Below, piece after piece: positions 1 to 8,383 of a stretch of 64,000 nucleotides of DNA. The stretch is taken from the NCBI GenBank assembly GCA_045888315.1, contig JBGCVQ010000125.1:23480-87479 (forward strand), read 5' to 3'. The translations under genes and the position numbers were made by a program. The notes below the pieces were generated by a model. That model was given only the letters and a program-made list of their open reading frames with translations. It searched no databases and was not told the DNA's origin. Each line of letters opens with the position of its first letter. The first letter of the stretch is position 1. This DNA is from Anaerolineales bacterium (GTDB lineage Bacteria; Chloroflexota; Anaerolineae; Anaerolineales; UBA11858).

Positions 1-291
1 TGTTGCCAGTAGATCGATCGTGGGTGTTGGCAGGGGATTTAGATCGGGCATAGCAGGGATGATAAAGGTGACCAGGCCAAATTCGGCAGTTCCCAGGAAA
101 AGCAGCACAACCAGCAGCGCCGCAGCCCGGTTCAACCGGGTCTGGGCACTTTCCATTTCCAAGCCGAAAGCGGCGGACCTCAGCTCGTCCCAAGCCAGGA
201 TGAAATTGCGCAGCTGCCAGACAGCCAGGGCGCCAAGTATGATATAGACCAGGTATTCCAGATCTTTCAAAAAAAGCAGGATCTCATTCAT
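1..291 (-). CDS. hypothetical membrane protein, N-terminal part only (ORF runs off the left edge)
   Basis: A reverse-strand ATG at 291 opens a stop-free frame down to position 1 (97 codons, MNEILLFLKDLEYLVYIILGALAVWQLRNF...LLVVLLFLGTAEFGLVTFIIPAMP). It contains two hydrophobic helices. Track ORF 20..247 (+) is its antisense shadow. Confidence 0.5.
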   Translation of the reverse strand, partial: MNEILLFLKDLEYLVYIILGALAVWQLRNFILAWDELRSAAFGLEMESAQTRLNRAAALLVVLLFLGTAEFGLVTFIIPAMPDLNPLPTPTIDLLAT

Positions 292-360
292 GGATAGAGG
301 GGGTGAGCTCTGTACCCATAGGTTCCCTTCAGGAGCCAATGGGTACAGCGGGAGATCTAG

Positions 361-1197
361 CTAAAGCTCCCGCAGCACACCCCTGATCAAACTCATCATT
401 TTGGGGGCTAATATCAGGCCGGTTTCTATCACCTCTTCATGGGTAGTTTCGGCCTCTCCATATAAATTCGAGCTGTTGGTGATCCCAGATATTCCCAGAA
501 CACGCTGGCCGCCGTGATTGGCGACCACCACTTCTGGGACGGTAGACATACCTACCGCATCAACTCCGGCCCCCAGCAAAAAACGCAGTTCCGCAGGGGT
601 CTCAAAGGTCGGACCGGACAGGCAGACATAGACACCTTCGTAAAGGGTTATCTCTTTATCCGCAGCCACTCTCCGGGCGATATCGCCCAGTTCCCGGTCA
701 TAAGCCTGGCTCATATCCGGGAAGCGGACCCCGAACTCATCCATGTTCGGTCCCCGCAGGGGGTTGACACCCGCCATCCCCAGAAAATTGATATGATCAG
801 TGATCAGCATGGGGTTTCCAGGGACAAAATCCTGGTTGACTCCCCCGGCAGCATTGGTCACGATCAGGGTCTTGATGCCCAGGCGCTGCATCACCCGGAT
901 TGGCAGGGTGACCTGATTCATTTCATAACCTTCGTAATAATGGATCCGTCCATTCATCACCAGGACGCTTTTGCCTTCCAGGTCTCCTATCACCAGTTCC
1001 CCAGCATGGCCTTCCACAGTGGAGATCGGCCAACCCGGCAGGTCATGGTAGGGGATGATCGTGGGGTCTTGAATAGCCTCTGAAAGAGCTCCCAGACCTG
1101 AACCCAGGATGAGTCCGATTTCCGGAACAATCGTGATCCTGGAGCGGATCTCATCAGCAATGCGGTCCATATCCTCAATGGTATATTTGGTTTTCAT
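361..1197 (-). CDS. punA: purine nucleoside phosphorylase (PNP/MTAP family)
   Basis: Family-typical blocks are present: GLILGSGLG, VEGHAGELV, GRIHYYEG, VTNAAGG, GPTFETPAE, VGMSTVPE. I moved the start from 1236 to ATG 1197 (MKTKYTIEDM). Confidence 0.9.
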   Translation of the reverse strand: MKTKYTIEDMDRIADEIRSRITIVPEIGLILGSGLGALSEAIQDPTIIPYHDLPGWPISTVEGHAGELVIGDLEGKSVLVMNGRIHYYEGYEMNQVTLPIRVMQRLGIKTLIVTNAAGGVNQDFVPGNPMLITDHINFLGMAGVNPLRGPNMDEFGVRFPDMSQAYDRELGDIARRVAADKEITLYEGVYVCLSGPTFETPAELRFLLGAGVDAVGMSTVPEVVVANHGGQRVLGISGITNSSNLYGEAETTHEEVIETGLILAPKMMSLIRGVLREL

Positions 1198-1298
1198 ATA
1201 GAAAATTTCCTTTTCGATCCTGACCGAAGGGGCCATCTAATTATATCATCTGGCCCCAGCGCCTTTCTTGAGCCTGTCTGGAGAGGATTTCCCCGGGA

Positions 1299-2330
1299 TC
1301 AAGAAAGCAGTTCTTTGAAAACAGCGCTAATGACCTGGATATCCTTATCACTGATCCAGAGATGAGTGACCAACCTGACCAGCCGCTCGCCCTCAAAGCC
1401 GATCAAGATCCCTTTCTCCTTCAATTCCTGCTTAAGCTGATCCGGCGCCAGCTTCAGGTCGGGATCGAGCCGGAAGTATACCATGTTGCTGGCTGGGATC
1501 GGATCTGCCAGGCTGATACCCGGAATTCCCGCCAACCCCTGTGCCAAATCCCGGGCCCGGCGGTGGTCTTCTTTCAGCAGAGGCAGATTTTCCTGAAGTG
1601 CGTAAAGGCCAGCAGCCGCGATCACGCCAGCCTGGCGCATACCCCCACCCAGCATCTTCCGTGTCCGTCTGGCGCGGGAGATGAATTCCCTCTCCCCGCA
1701 CAGCACCGAACCCACCGGGGCACCCAAGCCTTTGCTGAGACAGAACATCACCGAGTCCACTGCTTCAACCAGCTCAGCTGAATCGGTCTCCAGGGCAGCA
1801 GCGGCATTGAAGATCCTGGCCCCATCCAGGTGGACTTTCAAGCCCTTCTCTCTGGCAAACGCGCCGACAGCTCGGGTATACTCAGCTGTCAGGGGGATTC
1901 CGCCGCACATATTCTGGGTGTTCTCCAGAGCGATCAAGCGTGTCCGGGGATGATGGATATCATCCATCCGCACTGCGTCCTGGATATCCTCCAATTTAAG
2001 GGTGCCGTCCTTTTGGTTAGGAATGGTATGAGGGTGGATCCCTCCCAGCGCGGCAGCACCTCCTGCTTCATTCAAAAAGATATGGGCTTTATCGCCCAGG
2101 ATGATCTCGCTGCCCCGTTCACAATGGGTCAACAGGGCAGACAGATTCCCCATTGTTCCCGAGGGGATGAACATGGCAGCTTCCTTCCCCAGCAGTCGGG
2201 CGGATTCTGCCTCCAGGGCAAGGACTGTGGGGTCTTCCCCGTAAACATCATCTCCCACCTCTGCCCTGGCAATCGCTTCCCGCATCTCCGGCGTGGGTTT
2301 GGTCACTGTATCTGATCGTAGATCAATCAT
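1299..2330 (-). CDS. ltaE: low-specificity L-threonine aldolase (PLP-dependent)
   Basis: Threonine-aldolase signatures are present: N-terminus [24 protein letters not shown], and the PLP-lysine region [13 protein letters not shown]. Confidence 0.9.
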   Translation of the reverse strand: MIDLRSDTVTKPTPEMREAIARAEVGDDVYGEDPTVLALEAESARLLGKEAAMFIPSGTMGNLSALLTHCERGSEIILGDKAHIFLNEAGGAAALGGIHPHTIPNQKDGTLKLEDIQDAVRMDDIHHPRTRLIALENTQNMCGGIPLTAEYTRAVGAFAREKGLKVHLDGARIFNAAAALETDSAELVEAVDSVMFCLSKGLGAPVGSVLCGEREFISRARRTRKMLGGGMRQAGVIAAAGLYALQENLPLLKEDHRRARDLAQGLAGIPGISLADPIPASNMVYFRLDPDLKLAPDQLKQELKEKGILIGFEGERLVRLVTHLWISDKDIQVISAVFKELLS

Positions 2331-3267
2331 TTCTTCTCCTGATCGAGCTGTTTCTGAGATCGGCTAATACTGCTTCCAGTTCCGGGGGAAGCGGGGCTTC
2401 GAATGTGCGCTTATCCTTTTCGCCTGGAAGGGTGATGCTTAAACGCTGCGCATGCAGGAACTGCCGGTCGATTTCCAGGGTCGGCTTTTTCCGTCCATAC
2501 ACGGTATCTCCCGACACCGGGCAGCCCAGGAAGGCCAGGTGGACCCGGATCTGGTGGGTCCTGCCTGTGAGAATTGCCACTTTCAAGAGGGTCTGCTGCG
2601 GGAATTCCTCAAGGGTGAAGAATTCGCTCACCGCCTGCTTGCCATCCTGATCCTGGACCGCAGCCATACGCTGGCGGTGCCTCGGATCCCGGCCAATGGC
2701 CACTTCCACCCTCCCCTGAGGTGTGGGTGGCCGGCCATCTACCAATGCTGTGTAGATCTTCTCCACCTCTCGAGCCCGGAATTGTTCCTGGAGATACTGG
2801 TGGGCGCGGTCGTTCTTCGCCAGCAGGATCACCCCGGAAGTGTCCTGATCCAGGCGGTGGACCAGGCCCGGACGCTTGACCCCACCCACGCCTTCGATCT
2901 CAGGGGCGTAGCCTAACACAGCCTGCACCAGCGTCCCGCTGGTATGACCCAACGCAGGGTGGACCACCATACCGGCCGGTTTATTGACGACAATGCAGTC
3001 ACTGTTTTCGAAGATAACGTCTAGGGGGATGTTTTCAGGCTGGAGATCGGAATCCTCGGCAGGGGGAAGCTCGATCTCGATCTCTGTGCCCGGGGAGATC
3101 AATTCTGCTTTTTTATAGACAGGAAATCCATCAACGCTGATCCGTCCGCCAGTGATCAGTTTTTGGATATAGGACCGGGAGAGATCATCCAGCTCTTGAG
3201 CCAAGAATTTATCAAGGCGAACCTCATGCTTCGAGTGATTCTGGATGATTATCGGCTCTGGGCTCAT
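2323..3267 (-). CDS. rluD: RluA/RluD-family rRNA pseudouridine synthase
   Basis: It has an S4-like N-terminus ([10 protein letters not shown]), the catalytic motif [16 protein letters not shown] and GRTHQIRVH. It overlaps ltaE by 8 nt. Confidence 0.9.
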   Translation of the reverse strand: MSPEPIIIQNHSKHEVRLDKFLAQELDDLSRSYIQKLITGGRISVDGFPVYKKAELISPGTEIEIELPPAEDSDLQPENIPLDVIFENSDCIVVNKPAGMVVHPALGHTSGTLVQAVLGYAPEIEGVGGVKRPGLVHRLDQDTSGVILLAKNDRAHQYLQEQFRAREVEKIYTALVDGRPPTPQGRVEVAIGRDPRHRQRMAAVQDQDGKQAVSEFFTLEEFPQQTLLKVAILTGRTHQIRVHLAFLGCPVSGDTVYGRKKPTLEIDRQFLHAQRLSITLPGEKDKRTFEAPLPPELEAVLADLRNSSIRRRND

Positions 3268-3754
3268 GCTTGGTCTTTCTCTCCTCGATCCACATCCCGA
3301 TCAACAACACCACCACACCCAAGGTGATGCAGGAATCAGCGACATTGAATACTGGGAATCTGCCCACTGAAATGAAGTCGGTCACGAAACCCCGGGTCAG
3401 CCGGTCGATCAGGTTGCCGGCGGCTCCTGACATCTGTAAACTAAGCGCCAGGCGGAAAAAGAAATCATCGGCAGGGATCATCGGAAAATAGATCAGGATC
3501 AGCGTGATGATCACGATCGCCAGCACCATGAACACGGTGTTCATGCCCTGGAAGATCCCAAAAGCCGCCCCGGTATTATGCCAATTGACAATTCTCAGAT
3601 AAGGCGCCAACCACTCTACCGGCATCCAGAACTCGTTGAGGACCAGACTATCCCGCACCAGGTTCTTCGTCCACTGGTCCAGGACGATCAGCGTGAGGGA
3701 GATTGGGAGCAGAAACGTGTAAGCCTTGAGGTATTTTTTCAAACTGTCCTCCAA
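3224..3754 (-). CDS. lspA: lipoprotein signal peptidase (signal peptidase II)
   Basis: Four hydrophobic segments and the conserved NTGAAFG and FNVADS motifs. Confidence 0.9.
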   Translation of the reverse strand: MEDSLKKYLKAYTFLLPISLTLIVLDQWTKNLVRDSLVLNEFWMPVEWLAPYLRIVNWHNTGAAFGIFQGMNTVFMVLAIVIITLILIYFPMIPADDFFFRLALSLQMSGAAGNLIDRLTRGFVTDFISVGRFPVFNVADSCITLGVVVLLIGMWIEERKTKHEPRADNHPESLEA

Positions 3755-3844
3755 AACAACCAGTTACCCCATTTTACCTTACAAATAGGCCTGTGGTCAG
3801 ATAAAAAAGGCGACATTTTCCAGTCCAAAACAGCCTGGAAACAC

Positions 3845-3874
3845 TTGAGAAGGCAAGAAATTACATGCTATAAT
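3845..3874 (+). promoter_or_regulatory. sigma-70-like promoter for the HNH gene
   Basis: TTGAGA (3845-3850), an 18-nt spacer, then extended -10 TGcTATAAT (3866-3874). It lies 19 nt upstream of ATG 3893. Confidence 0.5.
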
Positions 3875-3892
3875 TTCCGAGAGCAATTGCAA

Positions 3893-4396
3893 ATGAACGA
3901 ACCTGTATTGGTCCTGAATGGCAACTACGCCCCCATCAACGTTTGCTCAACCCGCCGGGCGATGTGCCTGATACTGATCGGAAAAGCCAACATGGTCATG
4001 GATGGCCGTGGGGTGGTGAGAACAGTGTCCAGGACCTACCCCAAACCCTCTATTATCCGCCTTCACCAGGTCATTAAGCGCCCCCGGCCCAGCGTCAAGC
4101 TTTCCAAGCAGGAGATCTTCCGCCGCGACCAGTATACCTGCCAGTACTGCGGCCAGGAAAGCGCCGACCTGACGGTCGACCATATCCTTCCCCAACACCT
4201 CGGGGGCCAGTCCACCTGGTCGAATCTGGTCGCCGCCTGCGCTAAGTGCAACCACAGGAAAGGGGGTATGACCCTGGAACAAGCCGGCATGAGGCTGCAG
4301 AAGAATCCCGTCCAGCCGCCGACTTCCGCTGCTTATCTTTTTAGAAAATACCTCACCAATTATCAGGAGTGGGAGCCTTTCATCAAAGGCTGGTAG
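3893..4396 (+). CDS. small stand-alone HNH endonuclease
   Basis: The HNH core is CQYCG...DHILPQHLGGQSTWSNLVAACAKCNHRKG (two Cys pairs plus H-N-H). I set the start at ATG 3893 (MNEPVLVLNG). The 105 upstream codons of track ORF 3578..4396 lie antisense to lspA and upstream of the promoter. Confidence 0.8.
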   Translation: MNEPVLVLNGNYAPINVCSTRRAMCLILIGKANMVMDGRGVVRTVSRTYPKPSIIRLHQVIKRPRPSVKLSKQEIFRRDQYTCQYCGQESADLTVDHILPQHLGGQSTWSNLVAACAKCNHRKGGMTLEQAGMRLQKNPVQPPTSAAYLFRKYLTNYQEWEPFIKGW

Positions 4397-4401
4397 GTCA
4401 G

Positions 4402-5169
4402 CTACTTGAGGTCGAAGGGGATTTCCATGAGATCTTCCGCCAGGATGACATTCCCGGGGAAGGTTTTTTTTGCCTCAGCAACCAGTTTTTCCGCCCTGGC
4501 TTCACCTTTCAGCGAATAATGCGTCAGGTAAAGGGTTTTCACACCTGCCCGAGCGGCGATCTCGCCCGCCTCAGCAGCGGAGGAGTGGAATTCACCCACC
4601 CCGGCCGCTTCATGGATCAGGACATCAGCCCCGTCTGCCAGCCGGACAGTCCCCTCCATCGGGGCCGTATCCGAGGAGTAGGCCAGAATGAAATCCCCCG
4701 CCTGGTACTCCACTCGAATTCCCAGGGTGGGGATCATATGCTTCACTGGCGAGGACAGGATGCGGAACTCCTCTGACACCAGCACCTCTGTCAGTTCTTC
4801 CATTGGCAGTTCCTGGAAGCTGACCGGATACAATCCTTCCCAGGTTTCCCAATCGAACAGGTCCATCATCGTCTTCGCTCGGCTTAGAGAATGCCCCGAG
4901 CCGTAAATCGTGAAGGGGCTCTTCCTGCCCAGGATCCACATGTCCATCAACAGGTTCCCCAAACCGCCAACGTGGTCCGGGTGGAAATGAGTGATGAACA
5001 AGGCGCTCAGGTCCCTAAAATCAATTCCTGCTTCCCTGCACCGGCGGACGGGTTTGATCGAGCAATCTACCAGGATGGAGGATTTCTCTCCCTGGATGGC
5101 CAGGAAGGAATTTTCATGACCTTCTTCCGATACTGCACTGGCTGTGCCTAGAAAGATCAATTTAGGCAT
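4402..5169 (-). CDS. MBL-fold metallo-hydrolase (short RNase Z-like)
   Basis: HxHxDH zinc motif (THFHPDHVGG). Start ATG 5169 is preceded by AAGGAGAG. Confidence 0.8.
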   Translation of the reverse strand: MPKLIFLGTASAVSEEGHENSFLAIQGEKSSILVDCSIKPVRRCREAGIDFRDLSALFITHFHPDHVGGLGNLLMDMWILGRKSPFTIYGSGHSLSRAKTMMDLFDWETWEGLYPVSFQELPMEELTEVLVSEEFRILSSPVKHMIPTLGIRVEYQAGDFILAYSSDTAPMEGTVRLADGADVLIHEAAGVGEFHSSAAEAGEIAARAGVKTLYLTHYSLKGEARAEKLVAEAKKTFPGNVILAEDLMEIPFDLK

Positions 5170-5185
5170 AGACTCTCCTTGGATA

Positions 5186-6616
5186 TCAACTCCCGAACAG
5201 CGCCAGCGCAACCCGGGGAGTGATATATACTTCCAGAAATGCCGCCACGATCAAGAGCGGAATGACCAGGAACAGCACTACCCGAGCCCAATCAGCCAGG
5301 GTCCGGATCCAGGCTTCGCCAATGGTGGTATTTTCCTGGGGTGTGACCAGCGTTAGACCAATCCGGATGATCAGGGCACCGGTGAGCACAATGGCTGGTA
5401 TCTCAATGATCCCATGGGGCAGAATGAATCCAGCCAGAAATTGCCAGGGCGAAAGCCCGGTCTGAGCCGCAATGGCGGAAAAATAACCCACGATCCCCAA
5501 AGGCAGGATGAGAGCGATGATGCCCATCACGCCAAAAGAGAATATGCCCAGCAGGCTGTCCAGCACTACTGCCCGCATATTATGGAAGAAGATCAGCCCC
5601 AATCCTTCTACCGAAAAGAACCGGATCGGTCCTACTTCCTCCACTCCGGTCACCAGGCCATCCTGTAGATTATCCCAATCCAGGATCCCGGGCGGAATCG
5701 AGAAGATCTCTGCCTGGGCGGTTCCGATCAACACTGCTCCCACGGATACAGCCAGTACCAGCAGCAGGGCCCACCGCAGATCCTTGACAACACCCCAGAC
5801 ATTCACCCTCCACCAGGTAAAGGCCGAGGCTTTTTTGCCGATGAAGGCTTCCTTGAATACCTGCCAGGCCCAGGGTAAATTGAGGGTATCCAGCTCGCGT
5901 CCCAGCAGCTCTTCACGATTGAAGTGGGCAATACCGGTGCGCACTAACAACCAGGCGATGATCGCCTGGCCGAAAATAGCCCACCACAGGACCTCATACC
6001 GGGCCCAGAACATGATCATGCTCTCCCCCACCAGCAGCAGCGCCATGGGGATGATAATGAAGGATGCCAGCAGGTTGGCAGCCCGGACAGAGGTCGTCTG
6101 CGACGAGACCACCACGGCACCGCTGACCATCACCAGGGACTGCACCACAGCTAGAGAGATCACCTGGATCAAGAGGGTGGGATCCGGCGCCCATCCAACC
6201 TGCCGGTAGACTCCCACCAGGTAAACGGTAATCCCCAGGAAGCTGCCCAGCAGAGGGGGAAACATCACCGCCATCAGTTTGCCAAGGTAGAGCTGGACAT
6301 CAGTAAGGGGACTGCTCAGCAGGGGTTCTATGCTCCGGCGTTCTTTTTCACCGACAAAACTCTCCAGGGCGATCACCAGGGAGACAGAAATCGGGAAGAA
6401 ACCAACCACCATCAACAAGAAGGGTATCAAGCGGTCCGCTATGATCGGGGCCCCGTACTTGGCAACAAAATCCACCGCTTGCTGGGCGGTAAAATTCATC
6501 AAGCCCGGGAAGAACACGGTCAGGATGATGATAGGGGCAATGATCCGCCAGTCCCGGAACTGATCGCGGATCTCCCGGCTGGTGATGACCCAGGCCTTCC
6601 GGAGGTCAGTCCACAT
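5186..6616 (-). CDS. ABC-2-type transporter permease fused to a SpoIIM/DUF95-like membrane domain
   Basis: The N-terminal half is a polytopic ABC-2-like permease. The C-terminal half carries SpoIIM-family features (FFHNMRAV, ILPHGIIEIPAIVL, AAFLEVYITP). It is translationally coupled to the ATPase gene. Confidence 0.7.
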   Translation of the reverse strand: MWTDLRKAWVITSREIRDQFRDWRIIAPIIILTVFFPGLMNFTAQQAVDFVAKYGAPIIADRLIPFLLMVVGFFPISVSLVIALESFVGEKERRSIEPLLSSPLTDVQLYLGKLMAVMFPPLLGSFLGITVYLVGVYRQVGWAPDPTLLIQVISLAVVQSLVMVSGAVVVSSQTTSVRAANLLASFIIIPMALLLVGESMIMFWARYEVLWWAIFGQAIIAWLLVRTGIAHFNREELLGRELDTLNLPWAWQVFKEAFIGKKASAFTWWRVNVWGVVKDLRWALLLVLAVSVGAVLIGTAQAEIFSIPPGILDWDNLQDGLVTGVEEVGPIRFFSVEGLGLIFFHNMRAVVLDSLLGIFSFGVMGIIALILPLGIVGYFSAIAAQTGLSPWQFLAGFILPHGIIEIPAIVLTGALIIRIGLTLVTPQENTTIGEAWIRTLADWARVVLFLVIPLLIVAAFLEVYITPRVALALFGS

Positions 6617-7547
6617 TGACAGCCTCCTCCAGTGGGGTGTGATTGACTGCCTGGAGGTAGACCGATTCCAAACTGCGCTGGACCTCCTCCAATTTGATGA
6701 CCTGAAACCCGGCTCCGGTCAATTTTTCAAGGACCCGGGGATTGGTCTTACGGGCGGATTCCACCCGAAAAGTGAACCAGCTGGGCCCTTTTCCAGTGAC
6801 CGCCAGCCCATCCGGCACCGGAAGCTCCCGGTCGCCGATGGCGTCTGCCAGCTCGACCCGGTACTCACCAGGGCCCAGAAGATGCTCCTTGAGCTCAGCG
6901 GCGGTACCGCTGGCGATGATCCTTCCGTAGCGGATGATGGCGATCTTATCAGCCAACTCCTCTGCCTCAGCCAGGTTATGCGTGCAAACGATGATCGAGC
7001 GGTCTTCAGAACGCAGGGTCTTTATGGCATCACGGACCAGGCGGGCGCTGGCTGGATCCATCGCTGAAGTCGGTTCATCCAGCAGCAGCACCGGCGGGGA
7101 ATGCAGCAGTGACCTGGCCAGGGAGAGTTTCTGGCGCATACCTTTGGAGAACTTGCCAATCCTGCGTCCGCGGGCATCCAGCAAGCCGAATTTACCCAGC
7201 AGGTAGGCAATGCGCTCTTCCCGCCGTGATGCGTCCATATCATAGATCTGGCCGAAGAAATCCAGATATTCTTCCATATGCATCCGGTCATACAAGCCGT
7301 GGTCTTCCGTCAGTACGCCTACGGAAGCGCGCACCTTGCTGGGCTGTTCGACCACGTCATATCCTGCTACCCGGGCCGAACCGCTACTGGGGCGCAGTAC
7401 GGTGGTCAGCATGCGCACCGTGGTGGTTTTCCCCGCTCCATTGGGGCCCAACAGCGCCAATACCTCGCCCGGACGGACGTGCAGATTTACCTTGTCGACA
7501 GCTTTAAGGTCTTTGAAATATTTGGTCAGATTTTCGGTTTGGATCAT
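6606..7547 (-). CDS. ABC transporter ATP-binding protein
   Basis: Walker A GPNGAGKTT, signature-like FSKGMRQKLSLA, Walker B LLLDEPTSAMD and H-loop CTHN. Confidence 0.9.
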   Translation of the reverse strand: MIQTENLTKYFKDLKAVDKVNLHVRPGEVLALLGPNGAGKTTTVRMLTTVLRPSSGSARVAGYDVVEQPSKVRASVGVLTEDHGLYDRMHMEEYLDFFGQIYDMDASRREERIAYLLGKFGLLDARGRRIGKFSKGMRQKLSLARSLLHSPPVLLLDEPTSAMDPASARLVRDAIKTLRSEDRSIIVCTHNLAEAEELADKIAIIRYGRIIASGTAAELKEHLLGPGEYRVELADAIGDRELPVPDGLAVTGKGPSWFTFRVESARKTNPRVLEKLTGAGFQVIKLEEVQRSLESVYLQAVNHTPLEEAVNVD

Positions 7548-8362
7548 TCGCCCTGCCCTGCTACATCTCTCGCTCTTTGGCGATTATATAGCAGAATGGC
7601 GGCAATGATAACCACTGCGGACATTGCAGTTTGGTTAAGATTGACGCCCCCCAGGGTGGATTTATCCAGGCGCAGGAATTCCAGCCCAAATCGACCAACC
7701 CCGTAAAAGATCAGGTAGATCAGGAATAAACTGCCAGGTTTCAGGTGGTCTGTCAGCTTTCTGCTGATCCACAGCAGGAAAACCATATTGAGGAGGCTCC
7801 AAAGAGATTCGTAGAAGAACAGCGGGTGGTAGGTCGCGATCTGGCTGTAACCGGGTAGGCGGTGCTGGGAATCGATCGTGATCGCCCAGGGAAGGTGAGT
7901 CGGCAGGCCATATACCTCCTGGTTGATGAAATTTCCCCATCGGCCAAATGCCTGGGCGAGGGCAATCCCGGGGGCCAGGATATCCAGCCAAACTGCTGGC
8001 GAGGTTCCCTTTCTCCGGGCATAGATCCACAAAGCCAGCACTCCCCCGAGGACCGCCCCAATGATCCCGATCCCCCCCTTCCAGATCGCCAGGGCTTCCA
8101 GCACATGGGTCAGATAGTAGCGGGTGGTGATCCCCCGAGCCACCATGGACTGGGGAGGTGTAAAGATATGCCAGACCCGGGCTCCCACAACAGACCCGAC
8201 AAAAAGCCAGGGGAGAGCTTCCAGCAGGAAATCCAGGTTTTTCCCCCGCCTGGCTGCTTCCTTTCCGGTCACGAACAGGGCCACCACGATCCCTGCCATA
8301 ATGGCCAAACTGTAATAATGAATGGTAAAGGGACCCAGCTGAAAACCTGTTGGCATAGGCAA
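7544..8362 (-). CDS. lgt: prolipoprotein diacylglyceryl transferase
   Basis: Polytopic membrane protein with the conserved GRWGNFINQEVYG block. It overlaps the ABC ATPase gene by 4 nt. Confidence 0.9.
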   Translation of the reverse strand: MPMPTGFQLGPFTIHYYSLAIMAGIVVALFVTGKEAARRGKNLDFLLEALPWLFVGSVVGARVWHIFTPPQSMVARGITTRYYLTHVLEALAIWKGGIGIIGAVLGGVLALWIYARRKGTSPAVWLDILAPGIALAQAFGRWGNFINQEVYGLPTHLPWAITIDSQHRLPGYSQIATYHPLFFYESLWSLLNMVFLLWISRKLTDHLKPGSLFLIYLIFYGVGRFGLEFLRLDKSTLGGVNLNQTAMSAVVIIAAILLYNRQRARDVAGQGE

Positions 8363-8383
8363 CCTATGGAGGGGTGATCCAGA

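Noticed and set aside
20-247. 75-aa plus-strand ORF at the left edge
   Set aside because: The opposite strand carries a stop-free frame from ATG 291 to the window edge with clear TM helices. The plus ORF is its shadow.
310-348. 9-bp hairpin (CTGTACCCA/TGGGTACAG) between punA and the left-edge gene
   Set aside because: It has a 21-nt loop and no U-tract on the transcribed strand, so there is not enough evidence to call a terminator or regulatory element.
3578-3892. N-terminal 105 codons of track ORF 3578..4396
   Set aside because: This part lies antisense to lspA and upstream of the promoter at 3845-3874. The HNH protein starts sensibly at ATG 3893.
3893-4396. HNH endonuclease as part of a restriction-modification, CRISPR or other defence system
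   Set aside because: There is no adjacent methyltransferase, helicase, cas gene or other defence-type gene. It is flanked by lspA and an MBL hydrolase and has its own promoter.
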